Origin: Mobula hypostoma
Taxonomy: Eukaryota
Direction: 5' to 3'
Length of the DNA: 64,000 bases
NCBI RefSeq assembly: GCF_963921235.1
Contig: NC_086107.1
Location: 110,672,001 to 110,736,000 of the forward strand
Below, one piece after another: positions 1 to 13,380 of this stretch; position 1 is the first letter of the stretch, and the number at the start of each line of letters is the position of its first letter. The translations under genes were made by a program, and so were the position numbers. The notes below the pieces were generated by a model, which searched no databases, had not been told where the DNA came from, and was given only the letters and a program-made list of their open reading frames with translations.

Positions 1-117
1 CATGGTTACGGGAAGAACGTGCAAACTTCTTGCAGATAGCAACAAAATTGAACTTTGAACTCCGATGGCCCGAGCTGTAATAGTGGTGTGCTAACTGCTT
101 CACTACAATGGCGCCCC

Positions 118-380
118 TAATGTATCCGCCTCTACTATCACCCCTGGTGGGGTTCTCCACGCACCTACTCTCAATGTAAAAAGACTTAACTCTGACAACC
201 CTCCCCCATACTTTCTTCAAATCTCATTGAAATTATGCCCCTTGTATTAGCCTTTTCCAACCCGGGAAAAAATCTCGGGCTGTCCATTCTATCTATGCCC
301 CATATCACCCTGTGCACCTTTATCTAGTCACCTCTCATCCTCTTTCTCTCCAAAGAGAGAAGCCCTAGCTTACTATCCGA
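118..380 (-). mobile_element. CR1 LINE 3' fragment
   Basis: Encodes LGLLSLERKRMRGD, the CR1 ORF2 C-terminal motif seen in many copies in this window. Confidence 0.75.
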
Positions 381-699
381 CTTCCACTGCCCCCTGGTCT
401 GCTGGTTGCTAAGGGAGTTGCGGCCTATTGCCAGAGAGTAAGTGTGGAGGGATGCCAAGTGGCTGTGAAAGGTTTGGTGCTCGGTGCTAGTAAGGCCAGT
501 GAGAGAATGCGTTTGAACTGTCAGAGAACAAGTACAACGGCAGGTGCTGGAACCACAAGTGAGAGCAGAAACGCTGGAAGAACTCAGCCAGTCGAGCAGC
601 ATCTGCGGAGGGGTAGCTCAGTCAACGTTTTGGGTCTGCAAGCCTTCTCAGAAAGTGCAGCCTCTTGTTGGTGATGGGCCGCTGCTCGGCACTTTCGTG

Positions 700-915
700 G
701 CGCAAAGGTGACTTGGTACTTATCAGCCTGTGCCGGAGCATTGTCTTAAGTCTTGGCTCAGGCCAACATGAGCTGCTGCGCTTGCTGAGGGGCTGCGGAC
801 GGAGCTGAGTGTTCGCAAGCAGCCCCGTTTCTGACCTTATGATGCAGGACAGGTCTTTGATGAAGCAGCGGAAGGCGATTGGGTCAAGAGCACCCATGTG
901 AGGATACACCACACT
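700..915 (-). mobile_element. Ancient CR1-group LINE reverse-transcriptase remnant
   Basis: Minus-strand translation ...GALDPIAFRCFIKDLSCIIRSETGLLAN resembles the RT motif GSVLGP..F.CFINDLP.IIRSEVG.FADD. Confidence 0.55.
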
Positions 916-1162
916 CACTCATGTAAAGATAAAAATAAAAATGAGCTTTTTTTTTGTCACACGCACATCAAAGCGTAGTTTGCGTCAAAGACCGACGTAG
1001 TCTGAGGGTGTCTTAGTGTCACCATGCTTCCAACGCCAACTTGGCATGCCCACCTGACCCATACACATTTGGAATGTGGGCGGAGACCCGAACACCTGGA
1101 GTGAACGCAGGCGGTCACATTCAAAACTACAAACTCCTTGCAGGCAGCGTTGGAATTGGCGC

Positions 1163-1432
1163 CACGGTTAGCACAATCGCTTTACAGCACCAGCAATCAC
1201 CATCTGGGGTTCAATTCCCGTTGCCGTCTGTAAGGAATTTATGCATTCTCCCCGTGACTGTGTTGGTTTTTTTTCCATGTGCTCTGGTTTCCTCCCACAG
1301 TCCAAAGACACACGGCTGGGGTTAGGGTCAGTAAGTTGTTGGTACGCTAAGATGGCATCGGAAGTGTGGCGAGGCTTGTGGCTGCCCCCAACACAATCCT
1401 CGCTGATTTGAATTGACACAAGTGACAGATTT
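1163..1432 (+). mobile_element. tRNA-derived V-SINE (HE1-like)
   Basis: Head with GGTTCAATTCC B-box followed by V-domain-like ttctccccgtg...ggtttcctcccacagtccaaaga. Related copies near 1-120(-), 4860-5030(-), 21910-22440, 24130-24360(-), 36050-36190(-), 36900-37100, 41190-41420 and 46630-46880. Confidence 0.75.
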
Positions 1433-1940
1433 CAAAGTTCAAAGTATGTATATCAATCTATCTATATCTATATATCTATGGTATATCTATCTATTTACTG
1501 ATCTATATCTATATTTATCTATCTATCAAAGTACATGCATATCACCACATACAATCCTGAGATTCATTTTTCTGCAGGCATACTCATCAAATCTATGGAA
1601 TAGTAACTATAACAGCATCAATGAAAGATCAACCAGAGTGCAGAAGACAACAAATTGTGCAAATGCAAATATCAATAAAGAGCAATAAATAATGAGAACA
1701 CGAGATAACAAGATAGAGTCCTTAAAGTGAGATCATTGGTTGTGGGAACAGTTCAATGATGGGGCAGGTGAGTGTCGTTATCCCCTTTTGTTTAAGGGCC
1801 TGATGGTTGAGAGGTAGTGACTGTTCTTGACTTGGTGGTGTGAGTCCTGAGGCTCTTGTACCTTCAACCTGATAGCATCAGCGAGAATGGACTGGGTGCT
1901 AAGGATCTCTGATGATGGATGCTGATCTCCTACAACAGCA
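1430..1940 (-). mobile_element. Rex/Babar-type LINE 3' end
   Basis: (TTCAAAG)n tail, 3' UTR and LPSGRRYRSL...RFKNS-like C-terminus shared with copies at 46880-47310, 42430-43070 and others. Confidence 0.7.
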
Positions 1941-2039
1941 TTTGAAATATCTTTATTGCCATTGCATAGTACAAGTTGTCATGCACCAATACAGCGAAAA
2001 TGAGTTTGCAACTCTCGTACTCAATGAGAGAGATCCTGT

Positions 2040-2200
2040 TCCTTCTCACGCTTCGTGGTGCGTTGGGCAGCACCTGACTGTCTTTTTACGAGGTCGAGTT
2101 GCTAGCTTGACGCTCAACCCAGCACGGTTGGAAAGCATGCAAGGAGCTGGCCTACTCGCCTCGAAATCTGGTGCTGATGCCTCTACACCACCGGCTGACT
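2040..2200 (-). mobile_element. tRNA-derived SINE, partial (same head as 61215-61470)
   Basis: Reverse complement matches gccggtggtg...gcatcag...gctttcc...gggttgagcgtc...gcaactcgacctcgtaaaa of the 61215 copy. Confidence 0.6.
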
Positions 2201-3109
2201 ATCCTTGTGGATGTGCTCACTAAGAGTCAGTAGCTTCACTTGAAATATATCTATTTATGTAACTTATAGCAATTTTTTATGTACTGCTACCACAAAACAT
2301 CAAATTTCATGACATATGTCAGTGATAATAAACGATCTGGATTCTGATTTTGATTAAATATTTAGCCTCAATCAATATCACTAGGAACAGATTACCTGAT
2401 AAGGGTGGGAGCTGGTGACTTGCAAACACTTTGCCAATCTTTTCATATTATAATATTGATCTGGAACCGTATATTTGCTGGGACCTCGTGGCTGGGGATG
2501 TTGCTAGACAAAAGGAACTGTTGTCTTCTCTGGTCACTTGGATTCTAATTACCATAGTTACCACGTCTTGTTGGCTGTGAGTGCAAGTTTGGATGGAATA
2601 TTAGTTGCTTTTCTGCATTATGTCTCATTAAGATTCAAATTAAGATCATATCACAATTTACAGCACAATTATTCTGTGATGAGAATAGATTGGTAATCAG
2701 TAGCTTCACTCGGAATATTCCTCCAGACATGAACTCAGTTTAGTGTTGGCATTAACAATATAAACCTATGGATGCATTGCTTATTATGTATGTAGTAGAG
2801 TTGGTATAAAGGACAACCAGTGTTTTATATTCAAATGAAAATCAGTCACAATAAACCGAGCTGTAGTCAGTCCTGGCGATAGCAGCCTGGAAGCGAAGAA
2901 GAAACATTGATTAAAATGCTGATTGAGTTCTTGTAGCATGATTAAAAATGGAATTGCTCGGAAAGAAATATAATGGGCAGCTTAAGCGGGCATTGTTCCA
3001 TTTTGCAGCTCTGGTATTGGGAGTTTCTGGTCCGGGCAGTGCTGTTGTGATCGCGTTCTCGTAGAGCTCTACAGCCCGACAGAAACAGGCCCTTTGGCCC
3101 TCTCTGCCC

Positions 3110-3385
3110 ACGCTGAAGGATGTCTTCACGGGGCAGTGGTACAAGAAGGCAGCGTCCCTCACCAAAGACCTGCACCATCTGGGACAGGCCCTCTTCTCAT
3201 TACTACCATCGGGGAGGAGGTACAAACCCACAAACACTACCTCACTATGACTCCCCCCTCCCCAACTATTTATTTACTTTTATTGCAACTACAGTGATTT
3301 TTAAAAAATGTTTGCACAGTACTGCTGCCACAAAACAACAAATTTCAGGACATTTGCCAGTGATATTAAACCTGATTCTGATATC
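3110..3385 (+). mobile_element. Rex/Babar-type LINE 3' fragment
   Basis: ctcattactaccatcggggaggaggtac motif plus the taaacctgattctga tail. Confidence 0.65.
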
Positions 3386-3649
3386 CATCCAATGTAAACT
3401 TGCTTTGGTCCCTATCCCTCTGGGCCCTTCCTATCCATGTACCTGTCCAAGTGACTTCTGAACATTTTTGTGCCAGCCTCATCACTTTCTCTACCAGTCC
3501 GTTCCATATATGTATCACCTTCTACTTAAGGAAGTTGCCCCTGAGAGGCCCCTTTTAAATCTTTCCCTTTTCACCTTAAAACGATACCCTTTAGTTTTTG
3601 AATCCCTTTCCCTAGGGGAGAAAAAAACTGTGTCTATCCACCTCATCTA

Positions 3650-4211
3650 CACTAAGTTGCTCCTTTATTAGACATCTCCTGTACCTAATAAAGTGGTCAC
3701 CTGGTGTTTATTCATGGTCTTCTGCTGCTGTAGCCCATCCACTTCAAGGTTCAATGTGTTGTGGGTTCAGAGATGCTCTTCTGCACACCACTGTTGTAAT
3801 ATCTGGTTATTTGAGTTACTGTTGCCTTCCTGTCAGCTTGAACCAGTCTGGTCATTCTCCTCCGACCTCGCTCATTAACAAGGCATTCTTTTACCCACAG
3901 AACAACCGCTCACTGGATTTTTTTCTTGTCTTTCACACTATTCTCTGTAAACTCTAGAGAGTGTTTTGTGTGAAAATCCCAGATCAGCAGTTTCTGAAAT
4001 ACTCAAATCACCCCGTCTGGCACCAACAATCATTCCACAGTTGAAGTCACCTAGATCACATATTTTCCCCATTCTGATGTTTGGTCTGAACAACAACTGA
4101 ACCTCTTGACCATGTCTGCATGCTGTTATGCATTGAGTTGCTGTCACATGATTGGCTGATTAGATATTTTCATTAATAAGCAGGTGTCCCTAATAACATA
4201 GCCACTGAGTG
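3650..4211 (-). mobile_element. Tc1/mariner internal-deletion derivative inserted in a CR1 fragment
   Basis: TA-flanked TIRs (CACTCAGTGGCCACTTTATTAGG-like). Encodes MGKICDLGDFNCGMIVGARRGDLSISETADLGFS..TLSRVYRE, a Tc1 transposase N-terminal HTH. CR1 sequence resumes on both sides. Confidence 0.85.
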
Positions 4212-5436
4212 TATGCCCCATGATTTTATACATTTCTATAAGGTCACCCCTTAGCCTCCTACACCCCTAGAAATAAAGTTCTATCCTGTCCAACCTGCTC
4301 CTATAATTCAGGCCATTGAGTCTTGGTAATGTTCCTCTTAATCTTCTTTGCTAAATTTTTTGTTCAATGGAATCTTTCCTATAACAGGTTGACCAAAACT
4401 GTGCACAATACTCCAGGTGTGGCCTCACCAACGTCTTGTGTAACTCATCTCCTGTACTCAGTGCACTAACTGATGAAGGTCAGTGTGTCGTACACCTTCA
4501 CCACCTGTCTACCTGTGACACCACCTTATCGGACCCATGCATTGTACTCCTAAGACCATCTGTTCTTTCCACAATGAACACCGATCCCCCACCCCCTGAT
4601 CCTGCTATTGGCAGGGATGCCTGCCTAGAGTTGGCGGGGGTGGGGAGCGGGGCTACAGGGCATCCTCAACATGAGCTCTGGTGGGATGTTTAACCCTGAG
4701 TCAGATCTGGCCCTGTCCTCGGGAGATGGGAATTGATGGGCTGACCATTGTGGCTTGGCTAACTTGCTTGCCTGTTTTTATTGACTTAGAAGTACAGCGC
4801 AGAACAGCCTCTTCCGGCCCTTTGAGCCGCGTTGCCCAGCAACCCCAGATTCAACCCCAGTCTAATCACAGGAGAATTTACAAAGTTACTAACCGGTACG
4901 TCTTCAAGCTGTGGGAGCAAACTGGGACAGCCGGCGGAAACCCACGCTTTCCACGGGGGAGAACGTACGGACTCCTTACAGATGATGTCGGAATTGACCT
5001 CCGGACTCCCACGCCCCTGGGCTGTGCTAACGGCCTCGCTATTCCCCAGCCCTCGATTCTGATGTGCCTCACACCTGGGGAGCCGGGACCATTTGCGACA
5101 AAGCTGTGCTTTCTCCGGTGAGGGTGACTGGTTCATTGCTCCCTGGCTGTCCTGGCTGACTGAGTACAAAGCTGAGCCACTGGGAGCTTTCCAGCTCATG
5201 TGTTGTTAATTGGATACTGATCCTAGTCGCTGGAGGAGCGGGTGGGGAATGAAGCCTCTCGAGGACTTATGTGCTGTTGTGATACACACTAAGTAGATTA
5301 TTTTTACTCAACTTAACTTTCTGACATGCGTCCTATTGCACCGCACAGTGTTTTCGAAGTACAATCAGATTGATTGTTGTGTTTCTCCTCCTTCTCCCCT
5401 GTTTGACTTCATTACATTCCTCTCATATAAATCCCA

Positions 5437-5755
5437 ATTGAAACCTATCGAATATTGAAAGGCCTAGATAGAGTGGATGGGAAGACAATGTTTCCCATAG
5501 GGGGAGAGTCTAGGACCGGAGGGCACAGCCTCAGAATACAAGGATTGAAACCTGCTGAATAGTGAAAAGCCTAGATAAAGTGGATGTGGAGAGGATGTTT
5601 CCTATCGAGGGAAAATCTAGGACCGGAGGGCACAGATTCAGAATACAAGGACATCCCTTTAGAGCAGAGATGAGATGAGGAGGAATATCTTTAGCCAGAT
5701 GGTGGTGAATCTGTGGAATTCATTGCCACAGACAGTTATGAAGGCCAAGTTATAT
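5437..5755 (+). mobile_element. CR1 LINE 3' fragment with internal ~107-bp tandem duplication
   Basis: RRNIFSQMVVNLWNSLP motif; attgaaacct...cagaatacaagga occurs twice. Confidence 0.8.
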
Positions 5756-5761
5756 TTTAAA

Positions 5762-6070
5762 CTACTACTACTACAACTACTACATCGACTCAGGCCGAAG
5801 GGGGCCGGCATCGGGCACGATGATGGACTCTCCACTTCTCCCTCTCCCTCATCAGTGTGTCCAGTTCATCTACATTAGCCGTGCTGCTGTCTTCTAGGAG
5901 CATGTCGACCATGGTCTTGGGAGGGGTGCCCGGGGTTCATCCTCCCGTGCTTGGGCTCCCATATGACGACTAGGCTGGCAGGTAGCTCGGGGTGGCGTAG
6001 ACAGTGCCCCGCTAGTTGCAGTCTTCTCCCCTCGATTTTAGTGGAGAGCATCGGTAGGTTGTTATAGAGC
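5762..6070 (-). mobile_element. RTE-clade LINE 3' fragment with (TAG)n tail
   Basis: Minus strand encodes RRLQLAGHCLRHPELPASLVVIWEPKHGRMNPG...; (cta)n tail at 5762-5783. Confidence 0.75.
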
Positions 6071-6254
6071 CCGACAGAAGTTGGGAAGTTCTCGATTAGG
6101 AAGGGAGAAGACAGGAGAATGGGGTGGAGAGGGGATGGAAGGAAGAGCAGACTTGATGGGCTGAGTGGCCTTGTGCTGCTCCTATCTCTTATGGTCTAAT
6201 AGTCATATACTTGTTCACCTTCCCCTTAAATGGGCTGATCTTATTGACCTCTTT

Positions 6255-6585
6255 TTTGACTTGATAGAGATGCAGTGATAGAATGGACAACGAGTACCCT
6301 TTCCCCAGGGGGAAAATGGGTAATACGAAAGGGCATAGTTTTAAGGTGATTGGAGGAGAGCATGCGGGGGCTTTCTTTACACCGAGTGGCAGGTGCATGG
6401 AACACCCTGCTGGGGTGATGGTAGAGGCAGGTACATCAGGGACATTTAAAAGACTCGTAGATAGGCACATGGATGAAAGAAGCATGGAGAGCTATGTGGG
6501 AGGGAAGGGTCAGAGTACTCGTGGAGTAGGTTAAAAGGTCAGCACAACATTGTGGGCCGAAGGGCCTGTGCTCTACCTTTTCCAT
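6255..6585 (+). mobile_element. CR1 LINE 3' end
   Basis: FPRGKMGNTKGHSFKV...TFKRLVDRHM plus the gggccgaagggcctgtgct 3' stem. Confidence 0.8.
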
Positions 6586-7589
6586 GTGGAGAGCCACATT
6601 CTCACCCCATGTAGATAAATAAGTTCCTTCTTGGGTCCACTGAAGGGTTTATTCCTGACTTGGTCACACTTATTCCTCTGTTCTGGTCTCCATGTAATTG
6701 GAACAATGTCCTTCTGCTCACCCTGACAAACCCATTGTCTGCAAGGCGTTCATCCCTTCTGTTTTCTAGATCACTCCATCTTAGGCATTGAATTATTCCT
6801 GCTCTGTCCTTGCAATAACTTCTCTGCATGTTCTTTACAACGTGGATCCAGGAACACTGTGGTAAAAGTCTGAACAATGTTCTGCAGAAGTTTAGCATAA
6901 CTCCTCTACGTTTCAAATCTGTTCATATGGTCGTGAACTGCGGTACATCATCACTTCTGTGGATTTATTAACCTGCATCGTGATCTTCAAAGGTCTGAGC
7001 ACCTTCGCCCCAAATCCCAACAATTCCCTCCATTGAGATCTTTATTTTCTCTGTGATATAAAAGCTTTTGCCTCTCACCAGAATCAGGCACCTCACTACA
7101 ATCTATGTTGGATGCCAATTTAAACATGATAATTACAAAAGCGAAGCCCAGAGCAGATAGTGGACTGGGTTGTGGAGAAAGACTTCAGACAAAGTCAGGA
7201 ATCAAAAGGTTGAGCATGATGGGACGAATGTTATGAGTTGCATATATTTCAGTGTAAGAAATATTGTAGGAAAGGCAGATGAACTCAGGGCATGGATCAG
7301 AATCAGAATCAGGTTTAATATCACCAGCATATGTCGTGAAATTTGTTAACTGTGTGGCAGCAGTACAATGCAATACATGATAAATATAGAAAAAGAACTG
7401 CATTATAGTAATTATATGTACTATATGAATATTAAATAGTTCATTTAAAATAACTAGTGCTCGTGGGTGTAGTATCCATTTAGAAATCTGATGGCAGAGG
7501 GGATGAAGCTGTTCCTGAGTTGTTGTGTGTGTGCCTTCAGGCTTCTGTACCTCCCTTCTGATGGTAACAGTGAGGAGAGGGCATGTCGC

Positions 7590-7760
7590 AAGTTAGAAAC
7601 TGTTTGGCAACAGTCTTCTGTCCCAATTAAGTGGAATAGTATCCCAAATAAACAAAGTGAATACCGGCTATTTTCTCGATTAGTTTTTCTTCTTTCAGAA
7701 TTGTCCCAAATAAGTGTCTGTCTGATTAACTGATGGCCTAATTAACTGGATTCCACTGTA
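7590..7760. mobile_element. Tigger/pogo-like DNA transposon end (single TIR)
   Basis: Ends ...aattaactggattccACTGTA, i.e. TA-CAGTGGAATCC on the other strand; the partner TIR is not found. Confidence 0.4.
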
Positions 7761-8164
7761 CTTGGCTGGAAAACTTACAGTGTATCTTCCATTCAGTTCT
7801 CTATCTCATTCACCTAAAATGCTCCCCTGAAGAGGTCGAGGCTGCCTCTGTAGATGGACAATGGAATACAGCCTCTTTTGAAACTTCTCTCATGGACGTT
7901 CTTAACTCTACTATGCCTGTTTAGATGAATGGGGATTAAGTTACTTGGGATCTTTCTGAGATTTGTAAATCACAGTTTCAACATCTAAAGCCTGGATTAG
8001 CTCGATCCATCACCCCTTCTTTCCAAAATCACCACCAATAGTTATTCTGTCATGCTACATAATTAGAGGGTTATGGGCTGAGTGCAGGTCAGTGGGGCTA
8101 GGTGAGAGTAAGCGTTCAGCATGGACTAGAAGAGCTGAGGTGGTCTGTTTCCATGCTGTAATTG

Positions 8165-8422
8165 TTATATGGTTATATGGTTATACGGTCCTGGGTGGTG
8201 GTGGGGGTCCTTAATGATGGATGCCAACTTTTTGAGGCACCGACACTTGAAAATGTCTTGGATACTATGGAGGCTAGTGCCCATCATGGAGCTGACTAAT
8301 TTTACAATTTTCTGCAAGTTACTTCGATCCTGTGCAGTAGCCACCTCCCCCCCCCCCGACCCCCGCCAATACCAGACAGTGATGCAGCCAGTTAGAATGC
8401 TCTCCTCAGTACGTCTGTAGAA
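8165..8422 (-). mobile_element. Rex/Babar-type LINE ORF2 C-terminal fragment
   Basis: FYRRTEESILTGCITVWY...LQKIVK...ASIIKDPHHP. Confidence 0.8.
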
Positions 8423-8424
8423 TT

Positions 8425-9650
8425 CACATGGAATTATGATATTGTAGCCATTACTGAGACTTGGTTGTAGGAGGGGCAGGACTGGCAGCTCAATATTCCG
8501 AAGATCCGTTGTTTTAGACATGACAGAGCGGGAGGGATTAAAGGGGGAGAGGTAGAGTTACTAGTCAGGGAAAATGTCACATCATTGCTCAGTTGGGACA
8601 GACCAGAGAACTTGTCTAGTGAGGCTTTATGGGTGGAAATGAGGAATAAAAAAGGTATGACCATGTTAATGTTAATAAAGACCACCCAACAGTCTGAGGG
8701 ATTTGGAGGAACAAATTTTGTAGAAAGATCGCAGGTTGTTTTAAGAAACGTTAAGATTGTTGTGATTTTAACTTTTCACATATTGACTAGAACCCCTATA
8801 CTGTAAAAGGACTGGAGGTGATAGAGTTTGTCAAACGTGTTCAGGAAAGCTTCCTTAATCAGTGCATAGAAGTCCCAATGAGAGAGTGTGTGATACTTGA
8901 TCTGCTATTAGCGAATGAGACAGGGCAGGTGACAGAAGTTTGTGCAGGGGATCACTTTGCATTTAGTGATCATAATGCCATTAGTTTCAAGGTAATTACA
9001 GAAAAGGATAGGTCTGGTCCTTGGGTGGAGATTCTAAATTGGAGAGAGGCCAATTTTGACGGTATCAGAAAGGATCTGGCAAAAGTGGATTGGGACAGAC
9101 TGTTTCCTGGCAAAGGTGTACTTTGTAAGTGGGAGGCCTTCAAAAGTGTAAAACTGTATATACCTGTCAGAATAAAAGGCAAGGATAACAGGTTAAGGGA
9201 ACCTTGGTTTTTGAGAGATGTTGAGGTGCTGGCTAAGAAAAAAAAGGAGGTGCTTAGCAAGTATAGGTGGGTAGGAACAAATGAGGTACTTGAGTAGTAT
9301 AAGGGAACGCTTAAGAAATAAATCAGGAGGGCTAAAAGAAAACATAAGGTTGCTCTTACAGACAAGATGAAGGAGAATTCTAAGGGTTTCTACGGATATG
9401 TTCAGAACAAAAGGATTGCAAGGGGAAAAATTGGTCTCTTGGAAGATCAGAATGGTAATCTATGTGTGGAGCTGAAAGAGATGGGCAAGATCTTAAATGT
9501 TTTTATTTGTTTTTATTTGCATCTGTATTTACTCAGGAGACAGATACTAAGTCTATAGAAGTGAGGGAAAGCTGCAATGAGGTCACGGACCCAGGAGAAG
9601 AAGGTGTTGCTGTCTTGAAGCAAATCAGGGTGGACAAATCCCCTGGGATG
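8425..9650 (+). mobile_element. CR1 LINE ORF2 apurinic-endonuclease/linker region (decayed)
   Basis: YDIVAITETWL, FLNQCIEVP.RE.VILDLLL and SDHNAISF motifs, with stops and frameshifts. Confidence 0.85.
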
Positions 9651-10344
9651 GAAGGATTTGTTGGTCTTATGGGCCAGCACAGTCGTGTAGCAGTTGCCAT
9701 AATGCCGAAGCTGTGCCAGCGACCCAATTTCAGTTCCTGCTGCTGTCTGTAAGGCATAAACACAAGAGATTCTGCAGACGCTGGAAATCCAGAGTAACAC
9801 ACACACAAGGTGCTGGAGGAACTCAGCAGGTCAGGCAGCATCCATGGAGAATCTGAATCAGGTTTAATATCACCGGCATGTGCCATGAAATTTGTTGTCT
9901 TTGTGGCAGCAGTCCATTGCAGTACATAATAATAGAGAAAAAGGTTGTGAATTACATATGTGAAAAGTATATACATTGTGAAAAGTATATATATATACAA
10001 AGTATATAAAATAGTTAAATTAAATAAGGGGTGCAAAAATAGAAATAATAAAGTAGTGAGGTCGTGTTCATGGGTTCAATGTGCATTCAGAAATCAGATG
10101 GCAGAGGGGAAGAAGCTGTTCCTGGGTCATCGAGTGTGTTCCTTCAAGGCTTCTGTACCTCCTTCCTGATGGTAGCAATGAGAACAGGACTGGTGAAGGG
10201 TCTCGCTCCGAAACGCCAGCTCTTTATTGCTTTCTATAGACGCTGCCTGACCTGTGGAGACCCTCCTCCAGGTTTATGTGTGTGTCTGTAAGGAGGTTGT
10301 GCGTTCCCCCCGTGACCACCTGGGTTTCCTCTGGGTCCTCCACT

Positions 10345-10583
10345 TTTTCACACAGAGCGTTGTGGTTCTGCGGAATGCTCTGCCTCAGAAGGCAGTGGAG
10401 GCCAATTCTCTGGATTCTTTCAAAAAAGAGTTAGGTAGAGCTCTTAAAGATGGCGGAGTGAAGGGATATGGGGAGAAGGCAGGAACTGGATACTGATTGT
10501 GGATGATCAGCCATGATCACAGTGAATGGTGGTGTTGGCTAGAAGGGCCGAATGGCCTACTCCTGCACCTATTGTCTATTGTC
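10345..10583 (+). mobile_element. Young CR1 3' end inserted in a V-SINE
   Basis: Nearly identical to the 3' part of 13620-14108; (attgtct)n tail; V-SINE sequence on both sides. Confidence 0.85.
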
Positions 10584-11162
10584 CTCCAATTTCCTCCGAC
10601 ATTCTAAAGACGTATGGGTTCGTAGGCTAATTGGTCACATAGGTGTAAATGAGTGGTGAGGCCTCGTTGGACCGTGAGGACCGGTCACTGTGTGGTACCT
10701 CTATATAAATGTTTTCCCTGGAACTCAAGTGCAAGGTCAGTTTCTCAGCAGAGCCACAAGTTTCAGCTGTGTACATGCGTCAGGACTGCACTCTGGCTTT
10801 GGCAGGGTGAGGGTGGGGGTGAAGAGAGGAGGGGGTGGGCAGTTGGGGAGCAGGGTTGGGAACAGGAGCGGGGTATACCTTCATTGGGAGGAGAAGTGCA
10901 GGAGCACTAGACCAGCAGCTTGCAAGGCCGGGTTGGAGTTGAAGAGTCTGGGAGGGGTGGTGGGTGGCTGGACTGGCGGACAGTTGCTGGGGAGTTAACA
11001 TCAACAGGGAGTTAGTGGGGAGGTGGCTGTATATCTGAGTGGTAGGTATTGGTGGGGAACAATTTTGAAGTGGGGTCTGCAGATGAAGCCAGTCTGAAGG
11101 CAGCTGGGAGTGGCCAGTAGGGGGCTCGGAGGCCATTCTGTGGTGTTGGAGGTGGGGAGTAA

Positions 11163-11372
11163 TATACTTCATACTTTATTGTCGCCAAACAATTGATACT
11201 AGAGCGTACAATCGTCACAGCGATATTTGATTCTGTGCTTCCCGCTCCCTGGATTACAAATCGATAGTAAAATATTAAAAATTTAAATTATAAATCATAA
11301 ACAGAAAATAGAAAAATGGAAAGTAAGGTAGTGCAAAAAAACCGAGAGGCAGGTCCGGATATTTGGAGGGTA
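11163..11372 (-). mobile_element. 3' UTR of Rex/Babar-type LINE with (AAAGTAT)n tail
   Basis: Reverse complement matches 33050-33290 and 61860-62075. Confidence 0.8.
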
Positions 11373-11734
11373 GGGATATCATCTTAAGAATCAGTTCAAA
11401 GTTCAAAGTGCGAAAAAAATTTATTATCAAAGTACATATATATACATATATAGCACCATGTACTACCCTAAGATTCATTTTCTGATGGGTAATCACAGTA
11501 GATCAAAGAAGTACAACAGAATCAATTAAAACTACAGCCCCAAAAAATGACAAAAAACCAATGTGCAAAAGAAGACAAACTATGCAGATACAAAAAAAAC
11601 AAATAATAATGATAAATAATACTGAGAACACGAGTTTAAAGAGTCCTTGAAAAAAGTGAGTCTAAAGCATGGGTTCCCAACCGTCTTACTGCCATGGACC
11701 AGTATCATTAAGTAAAGTGTCTGTGTACCCCGTG

Positions 11735-12008
11735 GCGGGCGCTGGGCTCACGACCTAAAGGTCGTGGGTTCGAGTCTCGGCCAAGGCAGCGTGTTGTGTC
11801 CTTGAGCAAGGCACTTAACCACACAGTGCTCCAGTCCACCCAGCTGAAAATGGGTACCGGCAAATGCTGGGGGTTAACCTCGCGATAGACTGGCGTCCTT
11901 TCCGGGGGGGGGGGTGGTGGGGGTGAGTCTCGTACTCTCAGTCGCTTCACCGGCATAGGCACCGGCCTAATGGGCCACAAAGGCTCGGGATAGACTTTGA
12001 CTTTGACT
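11735..12008 (+). mobile_element. tRNA-derived CORE-like SINE
   Basis: B-box GGTTCGAGTC followed by tgtgtccttgagcaaggcacttaacc...ccacccagctgaaaatggg (MIR-CORE-like); (gacttt)n tail. Confidence 0.7.
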
Positions 12009-12829
12009 GTGGATCCCAGGTTGGGTCTGTAGGCTTTATTCAGTAATCATTTCAGAGTTGAGGTGAGTGAAGTTATCCGCGCTAGTTCAGGAGCCTGATG
12101 GTTGAGGTGTAATAACTATTCCTGAACCTGGTGGTGTGGGACCTAAGGCTCCTGTACCTCCTTCCCGATGGCAGGAGCGAGAGGAGAGCAAGGCCTGGAT
12201 GGTTACATGTGGGGTGGGGGTTCCTTGATGGTGGATACTGCTTTCTTATGGCAGTGGTGGAAGGTGCTTTGCCCATGATGGACTGGACTGTATCACCAAA
12301 CCTCCTGATTGGCGAATATCCTCCAGATTTTGTGTGTGTTCCTCTGGATTTCCAGCATCTGCAGAGCATCCTATGCCCCTGATTGATGACCCAGCGGTAG
12401 TGGAAATAGTCATTCACTCCAGGAAAAATAATTTTGAATGGCAGCTGCTGAAGAAAGCAGAACTCTGCAACTGAATTGCAAGCCTGCACTGCTTTTGTGG
12501 ATGTTATTTAATCCTCCGGCTCGCTCAACACCCTTGAGGGATGCCCAGGTGCTAGTGGGCACTCATTCCACTTGCCCAGTGCAATGAGACGCAAGGCTGA
12601 CGGCTGGTTCTCCATCACAGCAGCTCGTCCCTCCCGCCGAGTGCCAATTATTCCTGGATCAATAGCAGCGGCAGCTGCGCGCACACGTAACCCAGAGAGC
12701 CAGATTTGGAATGTTCATGTGCACCTATGTGTGAACATGTGAGATAGTCAGTGTGCAATGCAGCTGAGAAACTGGAGTTGGAATTGACCTTAAAAGGCAG
12801 GGAATTCTTCATTTTGCTTCCTCTGTAAT

Positions 12830-13380
12830 AGAACCTAGAACATCACAGCACAGTACAGGCCCTTCAGCCCACAATGTTGTGCTGACCATCTAAACTACTC
12901 TAAGATCATTCTAACCCTTCCCTCCCACATAGTCGTCCATTTCTCTTTCATCCATGAGCCTTTCTAAGAGCCTCTTAAATGTACCAAGTGTATCTGTGTC
13001 TACCACCACCCCTAACAGTGTGTTCCATGCACCCACCACTCTCTGTGTAAAAAGATTTACCTCTTGATATCCCCCTATAGTTTCCTCCAACCGCCTTAAA
13101 ATTATTCCCTCTTGTATCATCCATTTCTGCCCTAGGAGAAAAGTTGCTGGTTGTTCTACTCTGTCGATGCCAAAAACCATCTGTTAAGTCACCTTTCATC
13201 TTCCTTTGCTCCAAAGAGGAGAAAACCCAGCTTGCTCAACCTCTCCTCGTAAGACATGTTCTCTAATCCAAGAGCATCCTGGTAAATCCCCTCTGCACCC
13301 TCTCTAAAGGTTCCACATCCTTCCTCAAACAAGACAACCAGAACTGAGCCGATATTCCAAGTGTGGACTGACCAGAGTCT
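12830..13380 (-). mobile_element. CR1 LINE 3' fragment
   Basis: LFTQRVVGAWNTL...TFKRLL and MSYEERLSKLG motifs. Confidence 0.85.
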
